DNA from: Nitrospirota bacterium
GTDB lineage: Bacteria > Nitrospirota > UBA9217
NCBI GenBank assembly: GCA_963796285.1
Contig: CAWCKW010000012.1
Span: forward strand, 1,376,001-1,440,000
DNA length: 64,000 bases
Direction: 5' to 3'
Below, piece after piece: positions 53,520 to 64,000 of this stretch. The notes below the pieces were generated by a model. It was given only the letters and a program-made list of their open reading frames with translations, was not told the origin of the DNA and searched no databases. A program made the position numbers and the translations under genes. The number at the start of each line of letters is the position of its first letter. The stretch's first letter is position 1.

Positions 53520-53879
53520 TCACTTAATTGAGGCAACCTTCTTTTCGACCGCCGTCAGCAGGTCTACGACCTCATCGGAGATCGGTCCGATCTTCAGATA
53601 CTCGGCTTCGGCATCGGCGACCTTCCCCTGATTTTTAAGCGACACGATGCGCTTCACGGTATCGTGCAGATTGATATGCACCTTCTCCAGGGTCTTCATC
53701 TCCGGTATGGTCCCGCACTGGACGATCCCCTCGGCGTACATCCACTTGCCCAGGTCGCAGTCCTTGTGCGAGACGGCCTGCGCTTCGGTAAGGCCGCCCT
53801 TCCCTTCTAGAAAGTCCTTGAGCCTCGTCTTCCATGCCCGGTGCTTGATTTTAAAGGTCCTGAATGTCATTGCATTCAT
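53520..53879 (-). CDS. Stand-alone CZB (chemoreceptor zinc-binding) domain protein
   Basis: H..WK, SH..C.LGKW, H..LH zinc ligands. Confidence 0.88.
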   Translation of the reverse strand: MNAMTFRTFKIKHRAWKTRLKDFLEGKGGLTEAQAVSHKDCDLGKWMYAEGIVQCGTIPEMKTLEKVHINLHDTVKRIVSLKNQGKVADAEAEYLKIGPISDEVVDLLTAVEKKVASIK

Positions 53880-54132
53880 CGTTTCACCCTCCAAATAATA
53901 AATATAATGGTTTTCTGGTTAATCACTGTATCATAAATCCGCGTCTTTCGAAAGATGTTTTTTATAAGTGGTAATGTTACAACTTCTCCAGGATATTCGA
54001 TATACAGGGAGCAAATCATTTAGTCTACAAACTATGATGGGCCGTTAATTTCAGATCATAGTCTTCCCTTTAGAAAAAAGCACCAATCCGGGCTAAAAAA
54101 AAGTCCTTACTTGCGATCCGGGTCAACCACGT

Positions 54133-55678
54133 TCATGTCAGCAGCAACTGGTTCTCCTTCGACCTGCTCTCCCCTACACTCGAAACAGTGATCGCGGGCT
54201 TGCCGAGCACAGGACACTTTGTTTCGCAGATACCGCAGCCGATGCAGAGCTCGAGGTCGACGCGGGGCTGCTGCAGCGTCAGGACCCTTCCCTTCCGGTC
54301 GCGCACCTGCGCCTTCTCGAACCACACGGCCTTCTTCGGCGTGGGGCAGACCTCTTCGCACATGATGCACGGGGTCGCATGCGCCCAGGGCAGGCACCTT
54401 CCCTTATCGATCATCGCGAGACCGAGTTTGACCTTGGCCTTTTCCTCGAGCGTAAGCTTTTTGATCGCGCCCGTGGGGCAGACCTGTCCGCAGAGCGTGC
54501 AGCGATATTCGCAATACCCAATGCGCGGAATGAGCATGGGAGACCAGATGCCTTCTAGCCCTGCCTCGAGGAGCGCGGGCTGAAGACCGTTCGTGGTGCA
54601 GACCTTCATGCACTCCCCGCACTTCACGCACCGTTTGAGAAATTCTTTTTCCTCGAGCGACCCCGGCGGCCGGATAAGCCCGGGATTCTGGGAATTCGTT
54701 TTGGCAAGCGGCGTGATACGCAGAAGCGGCACCGCGGCAACCCCACCCAACACCGACGCGATGACCCTTCTTCTGCCGAGGTCCATGCCTGCAGCAGCGT
54801 GTTTTGGTCCGAACCCGAAGCGCACTGCATTCTCCGGACAGATATCGTCGCAGTTCCAGCACATGAGACATTCCGTATCTCTCCAGTGCTCCCTGGTGTC
54901 GGGCTGGGCATTCCCCTGGCAAACGGTAGCGCACGCCCCGCAGGACGTACAACCTTCGCTCACCGACCGTTTGAGAAGTGAATAACGCGAAATGACCCCG
55001 AGGAACGCGCCGAGAGGGCAGAGGTACTTGCACCAGAACCGCTTTTCGATAAAATTGAGCCCGAGGACCACGAAGAAGAGCACCCCGATGAACACGCTCT
55101 GATTGTAAAACGGCTGCACGAACGTGAGCACGGTCTTCTTAAGAAAAGCATAAACAGGCTCGCTCAATGACAGCGATGCCGATGGGGTTCGCTGTGTAGA
55201 TAGTATCAAAAACAGACCGGACCGAGTAGTTGAACAAGGGGGAAACGCTCACCGAGAACGACCGTATCAGGAGCGAGAGCGGGTCCATGATCCCCACGGG
55301 CTGGAGCGTAAAGAGCGCCGACGCCAGGATGCCGATGAGCAGGTAGTATTTCACCCGATACCATTTCTCATACATTCCCACGGGACGCCTTCTCCTGATC
55401 GAGCCGACAATGTTGTTCAGCGTGCCGAGCGGACAGGCCCAGCCGCAGAATACCCTGCCAAAAAAGACCGTAATGATGATGGTGATGATGGAAAAGTAGA
55501 ATGCCTTGGCAACAGCATGGGCGGACAGGAGGGTTGAAACGAGGATAAGCGGGTCGAAATCGAGGAAAAGACGCACGGGATAGCCAAGCTCATCATTGCC
55601 CTTGGACTCGGTCTGGATGAACAGAAAGAGGAAAAAGAGCAGGAACAGCCCCTGGACAAGCCTGCGCATGTTCTTCAT
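54133..55678 (-). CDS. Membrane polyferredoxin, NapH/MauN-like fused to NapG/MauM-like (frameshift near 55170)
   Basis: GRVFCGWACPLG, RFWCKYLCPLG, IRPPG, multiple CxxCxxCxxxCP. Confidence 0.85.
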
Positions 55679-55839
55679 AGTAAAGGATCGCATGATCTCT
55701 CGTGGCTCCGACGCTTTTCCTAACCACCTAACGAACCTCCCCTTAGAAAGAGAGGAAGTTTAAAACTCCCCACCCTTGTCAAAGAGGGGTTGGGGGAGGT
55801 CAATTATTACTCACCTGAGACAACTTATTGTATCCGCGG

Positions 55840-56742
55840 CTAAACCTGTAGGTTTTTAATATGCAGTTTGCTCAGATCCATCTGCCCGAGCCCGATTTTA
55901 TGACCGAGCGTCACGTACCCGAGGTCGCTCCCCTTCATGCCAAAGAGCGTGGCGCCATACGAGTCAATGGCCACCTGGTCCACACCGACGATGATCGTGT
56001 CGAGTTTCTTCACGTCAGCGAGACTGCCTCCCTGCGGCCCGTTCGCGGTAAGAATGCGTACCGCATCGAGGATCGTGAGGGTAGGTTTGATCTTCGTCGA
56101 GAGATCAACGAGGCTTTCATCCAGTTTCTGATGGATCTGGCGCCTTGATCCGCCCATCACCCCCATCCAGTTCTTCATGGACATGGTAAGTTTCGCAAGA
56201 CCGTGATGCTTCGCGATCGGGATGTTGATCACCTTGTCCGCTTCAAATATATCGGTATAGAGCGGCCATGACTTGAGGGCCTGTCCATTGATGGCCATGT
56301 CCTTGAACTTGCGGTCATCAACATAGTCCGCCTCCGCGCCCAGCGCGCTTACCGCCGGGGCGATCCCGCTCTGGACATAGCACCGCCGGGGATCGTTCAC
56401 CGGCCGGTCAAAGACCTTCACCTTCTTGGCCCCTGCTTCGAAGCAGAGCTTGACCACGGCCGCGACCACCTCGGGGTTCGTGTTCCCCGCCTGCTCCGGC
56501 GTCCGGTCCCAGCCGATGTTCGGCTTGATCACCACGATATCGCCGCGGGCGATGAACTTCCTGATGCCGCCCAAGGCGTCAAGGGCCGCCTTCACGATCT
56601 TCTCAGGAGAAGCGCCATGCGCCACGACAAGATCCGGCCTGGTCGATGATTCAACTGCCTCAGCGACACGATGTAAGCCCTGTGGCATTGATAATACAGC
56701 GCCGCTCAATGCCGCAAGTTTTATGAAAGTTCGTCTGTCCAT
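55840..56742 (-). CDS. DUF362 domain protein with Tat signal
   Basis: MDRRTFIK twin-arginine; VVIKPNI, TNPEVV, PIAKHH, MKNWMG, DQVAID. Confidence 0.88.
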   Translation of the reverse strand: MDRRTFIKLAALSGAVLSMPQGLHRVAEAVESSTRPDLVVAHGASPEKIVKAALDALGGIRKFIARGDIVVIKPNIGWDRTPEQAGNTNPEVVAAVVKLCFEAGAKKVKVFDRPVNDPRRCYVQSGIAPAVSALGAEADYVDDRKFKDMAINGQALKSWPLYTDIFEADKVINIPIAKHHGLAKLTMSMKNWMGVMGGSRRQIHQKLDESLVDLSTKIKPTLTILDAVRILTANGPQGGSLADVKKLDTIIVGVDQVAIDSYGATLFGMKGSDLGYVTLGHKIGLGQMDLSKLHIKNLQV

Positions 56743-56745
56743 CGG

Positions 56746-57060
56746 TCACCTCACCTTTCCCCACACGAGCGATGCGAACATGCCGCCGACACAGAAAGGA
56801 GCAAAGACGATGAATGCAAAATCCGGCAACATCAGGCCGGGATGACGGATCCAAGGTGGGTGTCCGGGTCAATGAACGTGAACAGGAACACGCCCACAGC
56901 AGAAAAACCCCATACCGATGGAAACAACGACCCTTGTTTCTATTTTATCAGAAAGTCCGCCGGTAAGCGGGGAAAAGAATGTCATCCACATAGACTGGGC
57001 GATCAGGACAATGCCCGCGTGCCGGGCCGAGTAACTTCTTAAACATAGTTGGATATTCAT
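56746..57060 (-). pseudogene. MFS transporter C-terminal remnant
   Basis: AGIVLIAQ..FSPLTGGLSDKIETR..SIGM motif, frameshifts, internally deleted tail ending FASLVWGKVR*. Confidence 0.6.
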
Positions 57061-57073
57061 CGCAGTGAACATC

Positions 57074-57292
57074 CTACCTGAACTTATTGATGAGGTACAG
57101 GATCAGACTGATGATAATGCTGATGACGATGCTCGTGGCCAGGGGAAAGTAAAAGGTGAGATTTTCTTTTTTGATCAGGATGTCTCCTGGCAGCCTTCCC
57201 AAAAAAGGGAACCGCGGGAGGACCAGCATCACGAGGCCGATCACGATCAGGACAACCCCGATGATGATCATGACCCTGGCCAGCTCTCCCAT
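57074..57292 (-). CDS. DUF2905 small membrane protein
   Basis: LGRLPGDI..FYFPLATSIVIS. Confidence 0.88.
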   Translation of the reverse strand: MGELARVMIIIGVVLIVIGLVMLVLPRFPFLGRLPGDILIKKENLTFYFPLATSIVISIIISLILYLINKFR

Positions 57293-57302
57293 GGCAACGC
57301 TC

Positions 57303-58145
57303 CTACTCAGCGAAGAAGTCGAGTATTTTCCCGAGCACGACGCGCATCTCCCGCCGCGGCACGATCGCATCGATCATGCCATGCTCCTGGAGAAACTCGG
57401 CCCGCTGGAACCCTGCCGGAAGCTGCTGCTTGATCGTCTGCTCGATCACGCGGGGGCCGGCGAAGCCGATGAGGCTCTTCGGTTCTGCGATGATGATGTC
57501 GCCGAGCATGGCAAAACTTGCGGTGACCCCGCCGAAGGTCGGATCGGTCAGCACCGAGATGAAGGGAAGGCCGGCCTCGCCCAGCCGCGCCGCAGCAGCA
57601 GAGGTCTTCGCCATCTGCATGAGCGAAAGGATCCCTTCCTGCATTCGCGCGCCGCCTGATGACGCCACCGACACAAAAGGCGTCCTCTTCTCGATGGCCC
57701 GCTCGATGGCCCGTGCGATTTTCTCACCCACCACCGAGCCCATGCTGCCGCCCATGAAGTCGAAGTCCATGACCACGATCGACACGGGCTTTCCGCCGAT
57801 CTTTGCCTCGCCGGAGATGACCGCGTCCTTGAGCCCCGTCTTCTTGCGGCTGCTCTTCAGCTTGTCCTTGTAGTCCTTGAAGTTCAGGAAATCCTTGGGC
57901 GAAAGGCCGTCCTCCACTTCGACGAAACTGCCCTCGTCCACAAGGTAGGGGAGGCGCTCCGATGCCGAGATGCGAAAGTGGTAATCGCACTTGGGGCAGA
58001 CCTTGAAGTTCTTCTCAACCTCTTTGCGGTAGATGATTTCCTTGCAGTTGTCGCATTTGACCCAGAGCCCCTCGGGGATCTTCACCTTTTTGGGCGCTGC
58101 CTCCGGCGCGGCGCTCTCGGGTCGTTCTTTCTTAAACCAAGCCAT
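57303..58145 (-). CDS. accD: Acetyl-CoA carboxylase carboxyltransferase beta subunit
   Basis: [13 protein letters not shown] zinc finger, [27 protein letters not shown]. Confidence 0.96.
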   Translation of the reverse strand: MAWFKKERPESAAPEAAPKKVKIPEGLWVKCDNCKEIIYRKEVEKNFKVCPKCDYHFRISASERLPYLVDEGSFVEVEDGLSPKDFLNFKDYKDKLKSSRKKTGLKDAVISGEAKIGGKPVSIVVMDFDFMGGSMGSVVGEKIARAIERAIEKRTPFVSVASSGGARMQEGILSLMQMAKTSAAAARLGEAGLPFISVLTDPTFGGVTASFAMLGDIIIAEPKSLIGFAGPRVIEQTIKQQLPAGFQRAEFLQEHGMIDAIVPRREMRVVLGKILDFFAE

Positions 58146-58232
58146 GACTCTCCTATGAAAACAATGTCAAATGACAAAACTCAACGTTCAAGCACTTCAT
58201 GTTAATATTTGGATGTCTAACATTGAGTTTGC

Positions 58233-59000
58233 TTAAAAATGATACGTCTTCCCTTCCTGCAATATCTTCACGTTCTTCCGTCCCAAGGCCTTTAATTCCC
58301 TGATCACCGCCTTTTCATGGAGCGGCTTTATATGGTAAATGTAGAGCGGCACGCCAGAATCGACCCGCGCCTTCTGGAGGTCCTGATGCAGCTTGTCCGG
58401 CGTGAAGTGGCCGCTCAGGCCGGCTACGATCTTCATGCTGTTGGGGAACGACGTGTCGACAATGATCGCGCTGAGGTTATTTGCTTTGGCCGCTTCCTTC
58501 CACAGTCCTTCGTTGGGGCCGGTGTCGGCGCTGTAGATGAATGACGACGTGCCGTCGCTCACGAGGAAACCGACGGCGGGGACCGGATGGTTCATGGGGA
58601 TCGCCTTTACCTTCAGCCCGGCGATGGTCACCGTCTTTCCGAGCAACAGCGGCGCATAGGTCAGCACCGGATTTTTGGCGGTCGGTATCCTGGTGAAATC
58701 CGGCCAGATGAGGCCATTCATCACGTGTTTTTTGATAGCGTCAAGTACCTTGGGGATCGACCGGATGTTCACCGGCTTTTTGATGCGGCCGACGATGTTG
58801 TCGGCCAGGAACAAAAGGGACTTGATATGATCGAGATGGGTATGGCTGATCAGGATGTCGGTGATCCTGCTCTGCGCATCGATGCCGAGCGCAGCGGTAA
58901 TGGTCCCCGCATCCAGCATCATGACATCGTTTACGAGCAAGCCCGGCGGATTATGTCCTCTTGCTTCGGATCCGGAGCAGCCCAGTATCTTTACCTTCAC
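58233..59000 (-). CDS. Class II cyclic-nucleotide phosphodiesterase (MBL fold)
   Basis: LGCSG, DAGT, SHTHLDHI, IWPDF, HPVP, ADTG, SFPN, H.TP, YHIKP. Confidence 0.85.
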   Translation of the reverse strand: MKVKILGCSGSEARGHNPPGLLVNDVMMLDAGTITAALGIDAQSRITDILISHTHLDHIKSLLFLADNIVGRIKKPVNIRSIPKVLDAIKKHVMNGLIWPDFTRIPTAKNPVLTYAPLLLGKTVTIAGLKVKAIPMNHPVPAVGFLVSDGTSSFIYSADTGPNEGLWKEAAKANNLSAIIVDTSFPNSMKIVAGLSGHFTPDKLHQDLQKARVDSGVPLYIYHIKPLHEKAVIRELKALGRKNVKILQEGKTYHF

Positions 59001-59135
59001 GCACCCTCCCTGGTCCGACATATCCAAAATCCCAATTACCAAATCTCAAGCCCGCTCAAAAAAACGATCTCCGGAGTCTCATATTGAACTTTGATCATTG
59101 AAATTTACTCGGTACTTGAGATCTGGTGCATTGTA

Positions 59136-59270
59136 TCATCCTTTCAACCCTGCCAGATCATAGATAATCACTGGCCGCTATTTACCCTTGATGGCCACTG
59201 AACCAAGTTCGTTCACCGTTGTTATATTCTTCGCCTTACTGTAGGTAAATTCCGATATGATGTTACGATT
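59136..59270 (-). pseudogene. Class III adenylate/guanylate cyclase C-terminal remnant
   Basis: Minus frame reads NIISEFTYSKAKNITTVNELGSVAIKGK*RPVIIYDLAGLKG*. Confidence 0.65.
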
Positions 59271-59331
59271 ATTATAGCAGCCTCGGGACAACGTTGATAG
59301 TGTAATGCGTTATGACTCTCTTTCCATAGGA

Positions 59332-59404
59332 TGTCATTCCGAGAGCAGCCAGGAATCCTGTATTTCTTGGCCGTTACAAGACCCTTTCTTCGTTCAGGGT
59401 GACA
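59332..59404. repeat. REP/MITE-like palindromic element
   Basis: TGTCATTCCGAG...GGAATC...TTCGTTCAGGGTGACA with TGTCA/TGACA ends. Confidence 0.55.
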
Positions 59405-59436
59405 GCATTAAGTCAAGAAGTGTTGGACTCACTATA

Positions 59437-60258
59437 CTAGCTTTGCCGTCCGCCCTGTCCTGCAAGCACTCCTTGCTTCAGGGATTTTACAAAAGTCACC
59501 GCATGGTGCACGAGTTCAGGGCTCCCGATGCTCTCCTCGATCACCTTCACGAGAGCGCTGCCCACGATCACCCCATCAGCGCCCCACATGGCCACCTGTG
59601 CCGCCTGATCGGGCGAGGAGATACCGAACCCGACGGAGACCGGCTTGTCCGTCACGGCCTTGATCCGCACAAGGGCGTCCTTGATGGAATTCTGGACAGC
59701 CAGTTTTGCACCGGTGACCCCGGTGAGCGATACATAATAAACAAAACCCTGGGATACCTTCGAGACAAGCTTGATCCGGCTGTCAGTGCTGGTCGGAGCG
59801 AGCAGGAAGATGGTATCAAGGCCGGCCTTCTTCGCGAGCGGCATCAGTGTCCCTGCTTCTTCGGGCGGAAGGTCCGGCAGGATGAGCCCGTCCAGGCCCG
59901 CTGCAACAGCGTCGTGAACAAAGCGTTCTTCCCCATATTTGAAGATCAGGTTGTAGTAGGTCATGAGAATGAGCGGGACCTTGCTCGTCTTCCGCACATC
60001 AGCCACCAGGCCGAGGACATCGGCGACGCTGGTGCGGTTCCTGAGCGACCGGATGGCGGCCTTCTGGATGGTGGGACCGTCAGCCAGGGGATCGGAGAAC
60101 GGCGCGCCGAGCTCGATGATGTCACAGCCCGCCTTTTCCATTTCGAGGATCAGGGTCTTTGTCGTGGCAAGGTCCGGGTCTCCCGCCATGATATACGGGA
60201 TGAGCGCGGTCTCGTTCTTTTTCTTCAACCGGTTGAATGTGTTTTTGATCCTGGACAT
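59437..60258 (-). CDS. trpA: Tryptophan synthase alpha subunit
   Basis: AGDP, ELGAPFSDPLADGPTIQ, MTYYN, GVTG, VGFGI, VGSA. Confidence 0.96.
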   Translation of the reverse strand: MSRIKNTFNRLKKKNETALIPYIMAGDPDLATTKTLILEMEKAGCDIIELGAPFSDPLADGPTIQKAAIRSLRNRTSVADVLGLVADVRKTSKVPLILMTYYNLIFKYGEERFVHDAVAAGLDGLILPDLPPEEAGTLMPLAKKAGLDTIFLLAPTSTDSRIKLVSKVSQGFVYYVSLTGVTGAKLAVQNSIKDALVRIKAVTDKPVSVGFGISSPDQAAQVAMWGADGVIVGSALVKVIEESIGSPELVHHAVTFVKSLKQGVLAGQGGRQS

Positions 60259-60303
60259 AGGCCTCTACGTTTTAATTTTGAATATTGAATTTTGAATATG
60301 TCG

Positions 60304-61496
60304 TTACAGTTCCACACCCTTGATCTTGGCCACCTGCATCACGTCCTTGTCACCGCGGCCCGACAGGTTCACGATGATCACCTGGTCTTTTCGGAGCGTG
60401 GGGGCAAGTTTGAGGCAGTAGGCGACCGCATGGGCGCTCTCAAGCGCCGGAATGATGCCTTCAAGGCGTGCGAGCAGGTCAAAGGCCTCCATGGCCTCCT
60501 CATCGACGGCATAGGTGTACTCGATGCGGCCGGTGTCATGATAGAACGAATGCTCCGGCCCTATGGCCGCGTAATCAAGACCGGCGGAAACAGAATGGGT
60601 CATCTCGATCTGGCCATGCTCATCCTGGAGCACGAAGGTCTTGCAGCCCTGGAGAACGCCGAGGGAGCCGCCGGCAAAGCGTGCCGCGTGCTTGCCGCGC
60701 TCGATCCCGAGGCCGCCTGCCTCGACACCGTACATCTTTATAGAGGCATCTTCAAGAAACTCATGGAACAGGCCCATCGCGTTCGAACCGCCGCCGACGC
60801 ACGCTACGAGGGCGTCAGGAAGCCGGTTCTTCGAATTTCATTATCTGCTTCTTTGCCTCGCGGCCGATCACGGACTGAAAGTCGCGCACCATCATGGGAA
60901 AAGGATGGGGACCGTAGACCGTGCCGAGCACATAATGGGTAGTCGGCCACGTTCGTGATCCAGTCGCGCATGGCCTCGTTGATCGCGTCCTTCAGCGTCT
61001 TGCTGCCGCTGTCCACGGGCCGGACGACGGTCCCGAGGAGCTTCATGCGGAAGACGTTCAAGGACTGGCGCGCCACATCTTCAGTGCCCATATACACTTC
61101 GCAGTCAAGACCGAACATGGCGGCGGCCGTTGCCGTCGCCACGCCGTGCTGGCCTGCGCCGGTCTCGGCAACCACGCGGGTCTTGCCCATGCGCTTCGCG
61201 AGAAGGACCTGGGCAAGGGAGTTGTTGATCTTGTGCGCGCCGGTGTGGCAGAGGTCCTCGCGCTTGAGATAGACCTTCGCTCCGCCGAGATGCTCCGTCA
61301 GTCTCTTCGCAAAATAAAGCGGCGTGGGCCGGCCGATGAATTCCCGGTTATAGAACTCAAGCTCGGCCAGGAATGCCTTGTCCTTCTTTGCAGCAAGATA
61401 GGCCGTTTCGAGCTCGGCAAGCGCGGGCATCAGCGTTTCAGGCGCGAACTTCCCGCCGTAGATGCCGAAGTGTCCTTTTTTGTCCGGAATGCTCAT
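60304..61496 (-). CDS. trpB: Tryptophan synthase beta subunit (frameshifts near 60950 and 60810)
   Basis: [55 protein letters not shown]. Confidence 0.95.
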
Positions 61497-62112
61497 GGCC
61501 GCGACGCCCTCCGGACCTCGGCAATGAACTTTTTGACCTTCGCATGGTCCTTTATCCCTTTTTCCTTTTCCACGCCGCCCGCGACATCTACGGCATAAGG
61601 CTGAACAAGCTTCACTGCCTCGGCCACGTTCTCGGGCGTGAGCCCGCCGGCAAGAATGATCTTGCCGAAAGTCTTTGCCACGACTGCGAGATGCCAGTCG
61701 AAGCTCACCCCTGTTCCGCCCCGCATTCCATCGCGGTAGCTGTCGAGCAGGAAGGCGCCGACACGGTAGTGTGCCATGGCCTTGAGGCTTTCCTTGTCCT
61801 TTATCTGGAACGCCTTGATCACGCGGCCTCCGAACCGCTGGCAGAACTCCGGACTTTCGTCGCCGTGGAACTGGATCGCCTGCATGCAGGTCATGTGCTG
61901 GATCTCCCGGATCCTGTCCTCGTGCTCGTTCACGAAAATGCCGACAGGCATGACAAAGGGCGGCAGTTGGACGATGATGTCAGCCGCCTTCTGGGGATCG
62001 ATATAGCGCGGGCTCTTCTTGTAAAAGTTAAAGCCCAGCGATCTGCCCCGCACTCCGTCGCGTCCAGCGCGTCGTCCAGATTGGTAATGCCGCAGATTTT
62101 TATTTTTATCAT
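61493..62112 (-). CDS. trpF: Phosphoribosylanthranilate isomerase (frameshift near 62045)
   Basis: [39 protein letters not shown]. Confidence 0.93.
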
Positions 62113-62217
62113 AGTTATACCCCTGTTTCTCGCAGAGGCGCAGAGAGCGCAAGTTTTGAATCCTGAATTATAAATCTTGAATTTCTTTCTTTGCGTTCTT
62201 TGCGTCCAAGCGTGAAA

Positions 62218-62995
62218 TTATCTTTCCAAAAGTTCCTTCACTTTCTTTCCGATATCCTTCTCCCGCATCAGGCTCTCACCCACCAGGACCGCGTCCACAC
62301 CAGCCTGACTGGAGCTTCACCACGTCGTCCCGTGTCCTGATGCCGCTCTCGCTCACCACCATACGGTCATCGGGAATGTCGTTCAGAAGATCAAGCGTCG
62401 TTTGCAGGCTCACCGTGAAGGTCGTCAGGTCCCGGTTGTTGATCCCCACGAGCGTTGCCCCCGCCCGCAAGGACCTGTCCAGTTCCTTGTAGGTATGCGA
62501 CTCGACCAGCACATCGAGGCCGAGTTGGTGTGCGATCGCGAGATAGTCCTCGATCTGCTGTTTCTCCAGGCACGCCGCGATCAGCAGAATGGCGTCCGCT
62601 CCGGCAGCCCGCGCCTCATGGATCTGATACTCGTCGATGATAAAATCCTTGCGCAGGAGCGGAAGCTTGACGGCCTTCCTGATCAGACCCAGATACTCGA
62701 GCTTGCCCTGAAAGAACTTGCTTCTCCGTCAGGACCGAGAGGCACGATGCGCCGGACTCCTCATAGATCTGTGCGATCTTGACCGGATCAAATTCTCGCG
62801 GATCACGCCTTTCGACGGTGATGCCTTCTTTACCTCGGCGATCAGCCGGATATCACCCGGGCCAATAAGCGATTTGCCGAATCCCCGGGCCGGTTCCGCA
62901 TGTGATGCCTTTGTCTTGATGTCAGGAAACGGCACTTGACGTTTCGTCTCCGCCAGTTCCTCTTTTTTATTTGCGATAATCGCGTCTAAAATCAT
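62218..62995 (-). CDS. trpC: Indole-3-glycerol phosphate synthase (several frameshifts)
   Basis: IAEVKKASPSKG, LRKDF, GINNRDL, VSESGI, VGESLM across frames. Confidence 0.93.
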
Positions 62996-63053
62996 AGGCA
63001 ATGCTTTTTACGAGATGTTCCTCGACCCCTGACCCTGCGTCTTGATTTTGATT

Positions 63054-64000
63054 CTAGGGCTTATTCGTAAACGCCTTCAATTGTTCCACTTTCTTCAACG
63101 CAGCACCGGAATCTATCGATGCCGCCGCTAGCCTGAGGCCTTCCTTGAAATCCATCGCCTTGCCCGAAGCAACGAGTCCTGCCGCGGCATTCAGCAGTGT
63201 TACATCGCGGCGAGAGCCTTTCTGACCATTCAATACTTCAAGGGTGATGGCGGCATTCTCTTTTGCATCCCCTCCCCTGAGATCTTCGGCCTTTCCGACG
63301 GGCAGGCCGAAATCCGATGGATGGATGAAGTAGTCCTTCACCTTCCCGTCCTTGAACTCCGAAACCCCGGTCTTGTCCGTGATCGTGATCTCGTCCAGCC
63401 CATCCATTCCGTGCACAACAAAAGCATGCGTGGCGCCGAGATTGCCGAGCACCTGAGCAAGAGGAGCCGTCAAAGCCGCCGCATACACCCCCATGATCTG
63501 CGACGTCACCATCGCCGGGTTGGTGAGCGGGCCAAGGACATTGAAAATGGTGCGGATGCCGATCTCCCGGCGCGGGCCGATCGCGTACTTCATGGCCTGG
63601 TGCATCAGGGGCGCGAACAGAAAGGCGATGCCCACCTCTTTCAGGCACTCTTCCACGCGATGTGACGGGATCTCGATATTGACTCCCAGGGCCTGGAGCA
63701 CATCGGCGCTGCCGCTCTTGCTCGAGACCGAACGGTTCCCGTGCTTGGCAACCGTAACACCCGCGCCGGCGACCACGAAGGCGACCGTTGTCGAAATATT
63801 GAACGTATGCGCCATGTCGCCGCCCGTGCCGCAGGTATCGACATGATATTTGGCATCCAGTTTGATCGGCACGGCCTTCTCGCGCATGACCCGCGCGGAG
63901 CCGGTGATCTCTTCAACGGTCTCGCCCTTCATGCGGAGCGCGGTGATGTAGGACGCGATCTGGGCGTCCGTGGCCTCGCCCTGCATGATCTCGCGCATCA
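63054..64000 (-). CDS. trpD: Anthranilate phosphoribosyltransferase (5' end outside the window)
   Basis: [38 protein letters not shown]. Confidence 0.96.
   Translation of the reverse strand, partial: MREIMQGEATDAQIASYITALRMKGETVEEITGSARVMREKAVPIKLDAKYHVDTCGTGGDMAHTFNISTTVAFVVAGAGVTVAKHGNRSVSSKSGSADVLQALGVNIEIPSHRVEECLKEVGIAFLFAPLMHQAMKYAIGPRREIGIRTIFNVLGPLTNPAMVTSQIMGVYAAALTAPLAQVLGNLGATHAFVVHGMDGLDEITITDKTGVSEFKDGKVKDYFIHPSDFGLPVGKAEDLRGGDAKENAAITLEVLNGQKGSRRDVTLLNAAAGLVASGKAMDFKEGLRLAAASIDSGAALKKVEQLKAFTNKP

Overview
Chromosomal 64 kb window from a moderately GC-rich anaerobic bacterium. Gene content and order look Nitrospirota/Desulfobacterota-like (inference). It starts with the rpsF-ssb-rpsR operon and its S6:S18 leader RNA and ends in a trpDCFBA-accD region. 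Between these lie: a candidate sphingolipid pathway (Spt, GNAT ceramide synthase, CerR-like reductase, and a convergent AUR1/IPC-synthase-like PAP2 gene); two B12/radical SAM enzymes; an 8-repeat IPT lipoprotein; a cytoplasmic FdhF with AsrA/AsrB-like partners; a complete A/V-type ATPase operon; a split CbcL-like nonaheme cytochrome c plus cytochrome b next to menG and a geranylgeranyl reductase; and an NtrY-like kinase. Non-coding signals include two orphan integron attC-like sites, a dispersed ~110 bp repeat family, many short-unit palindromic intergenic elements, a candidate switch-like hpt leader, and remnants of adenylate cyclase, MFS and TauE genes. About 14 genes, several of them housekeeping, carry small frameshifts, which most likely reflect unpolished long-read errors. 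No rRNA, tRNA, CRISPR array, integrase or transposase was seen. All family assignments come from motif recognition by eye; no searches were run.
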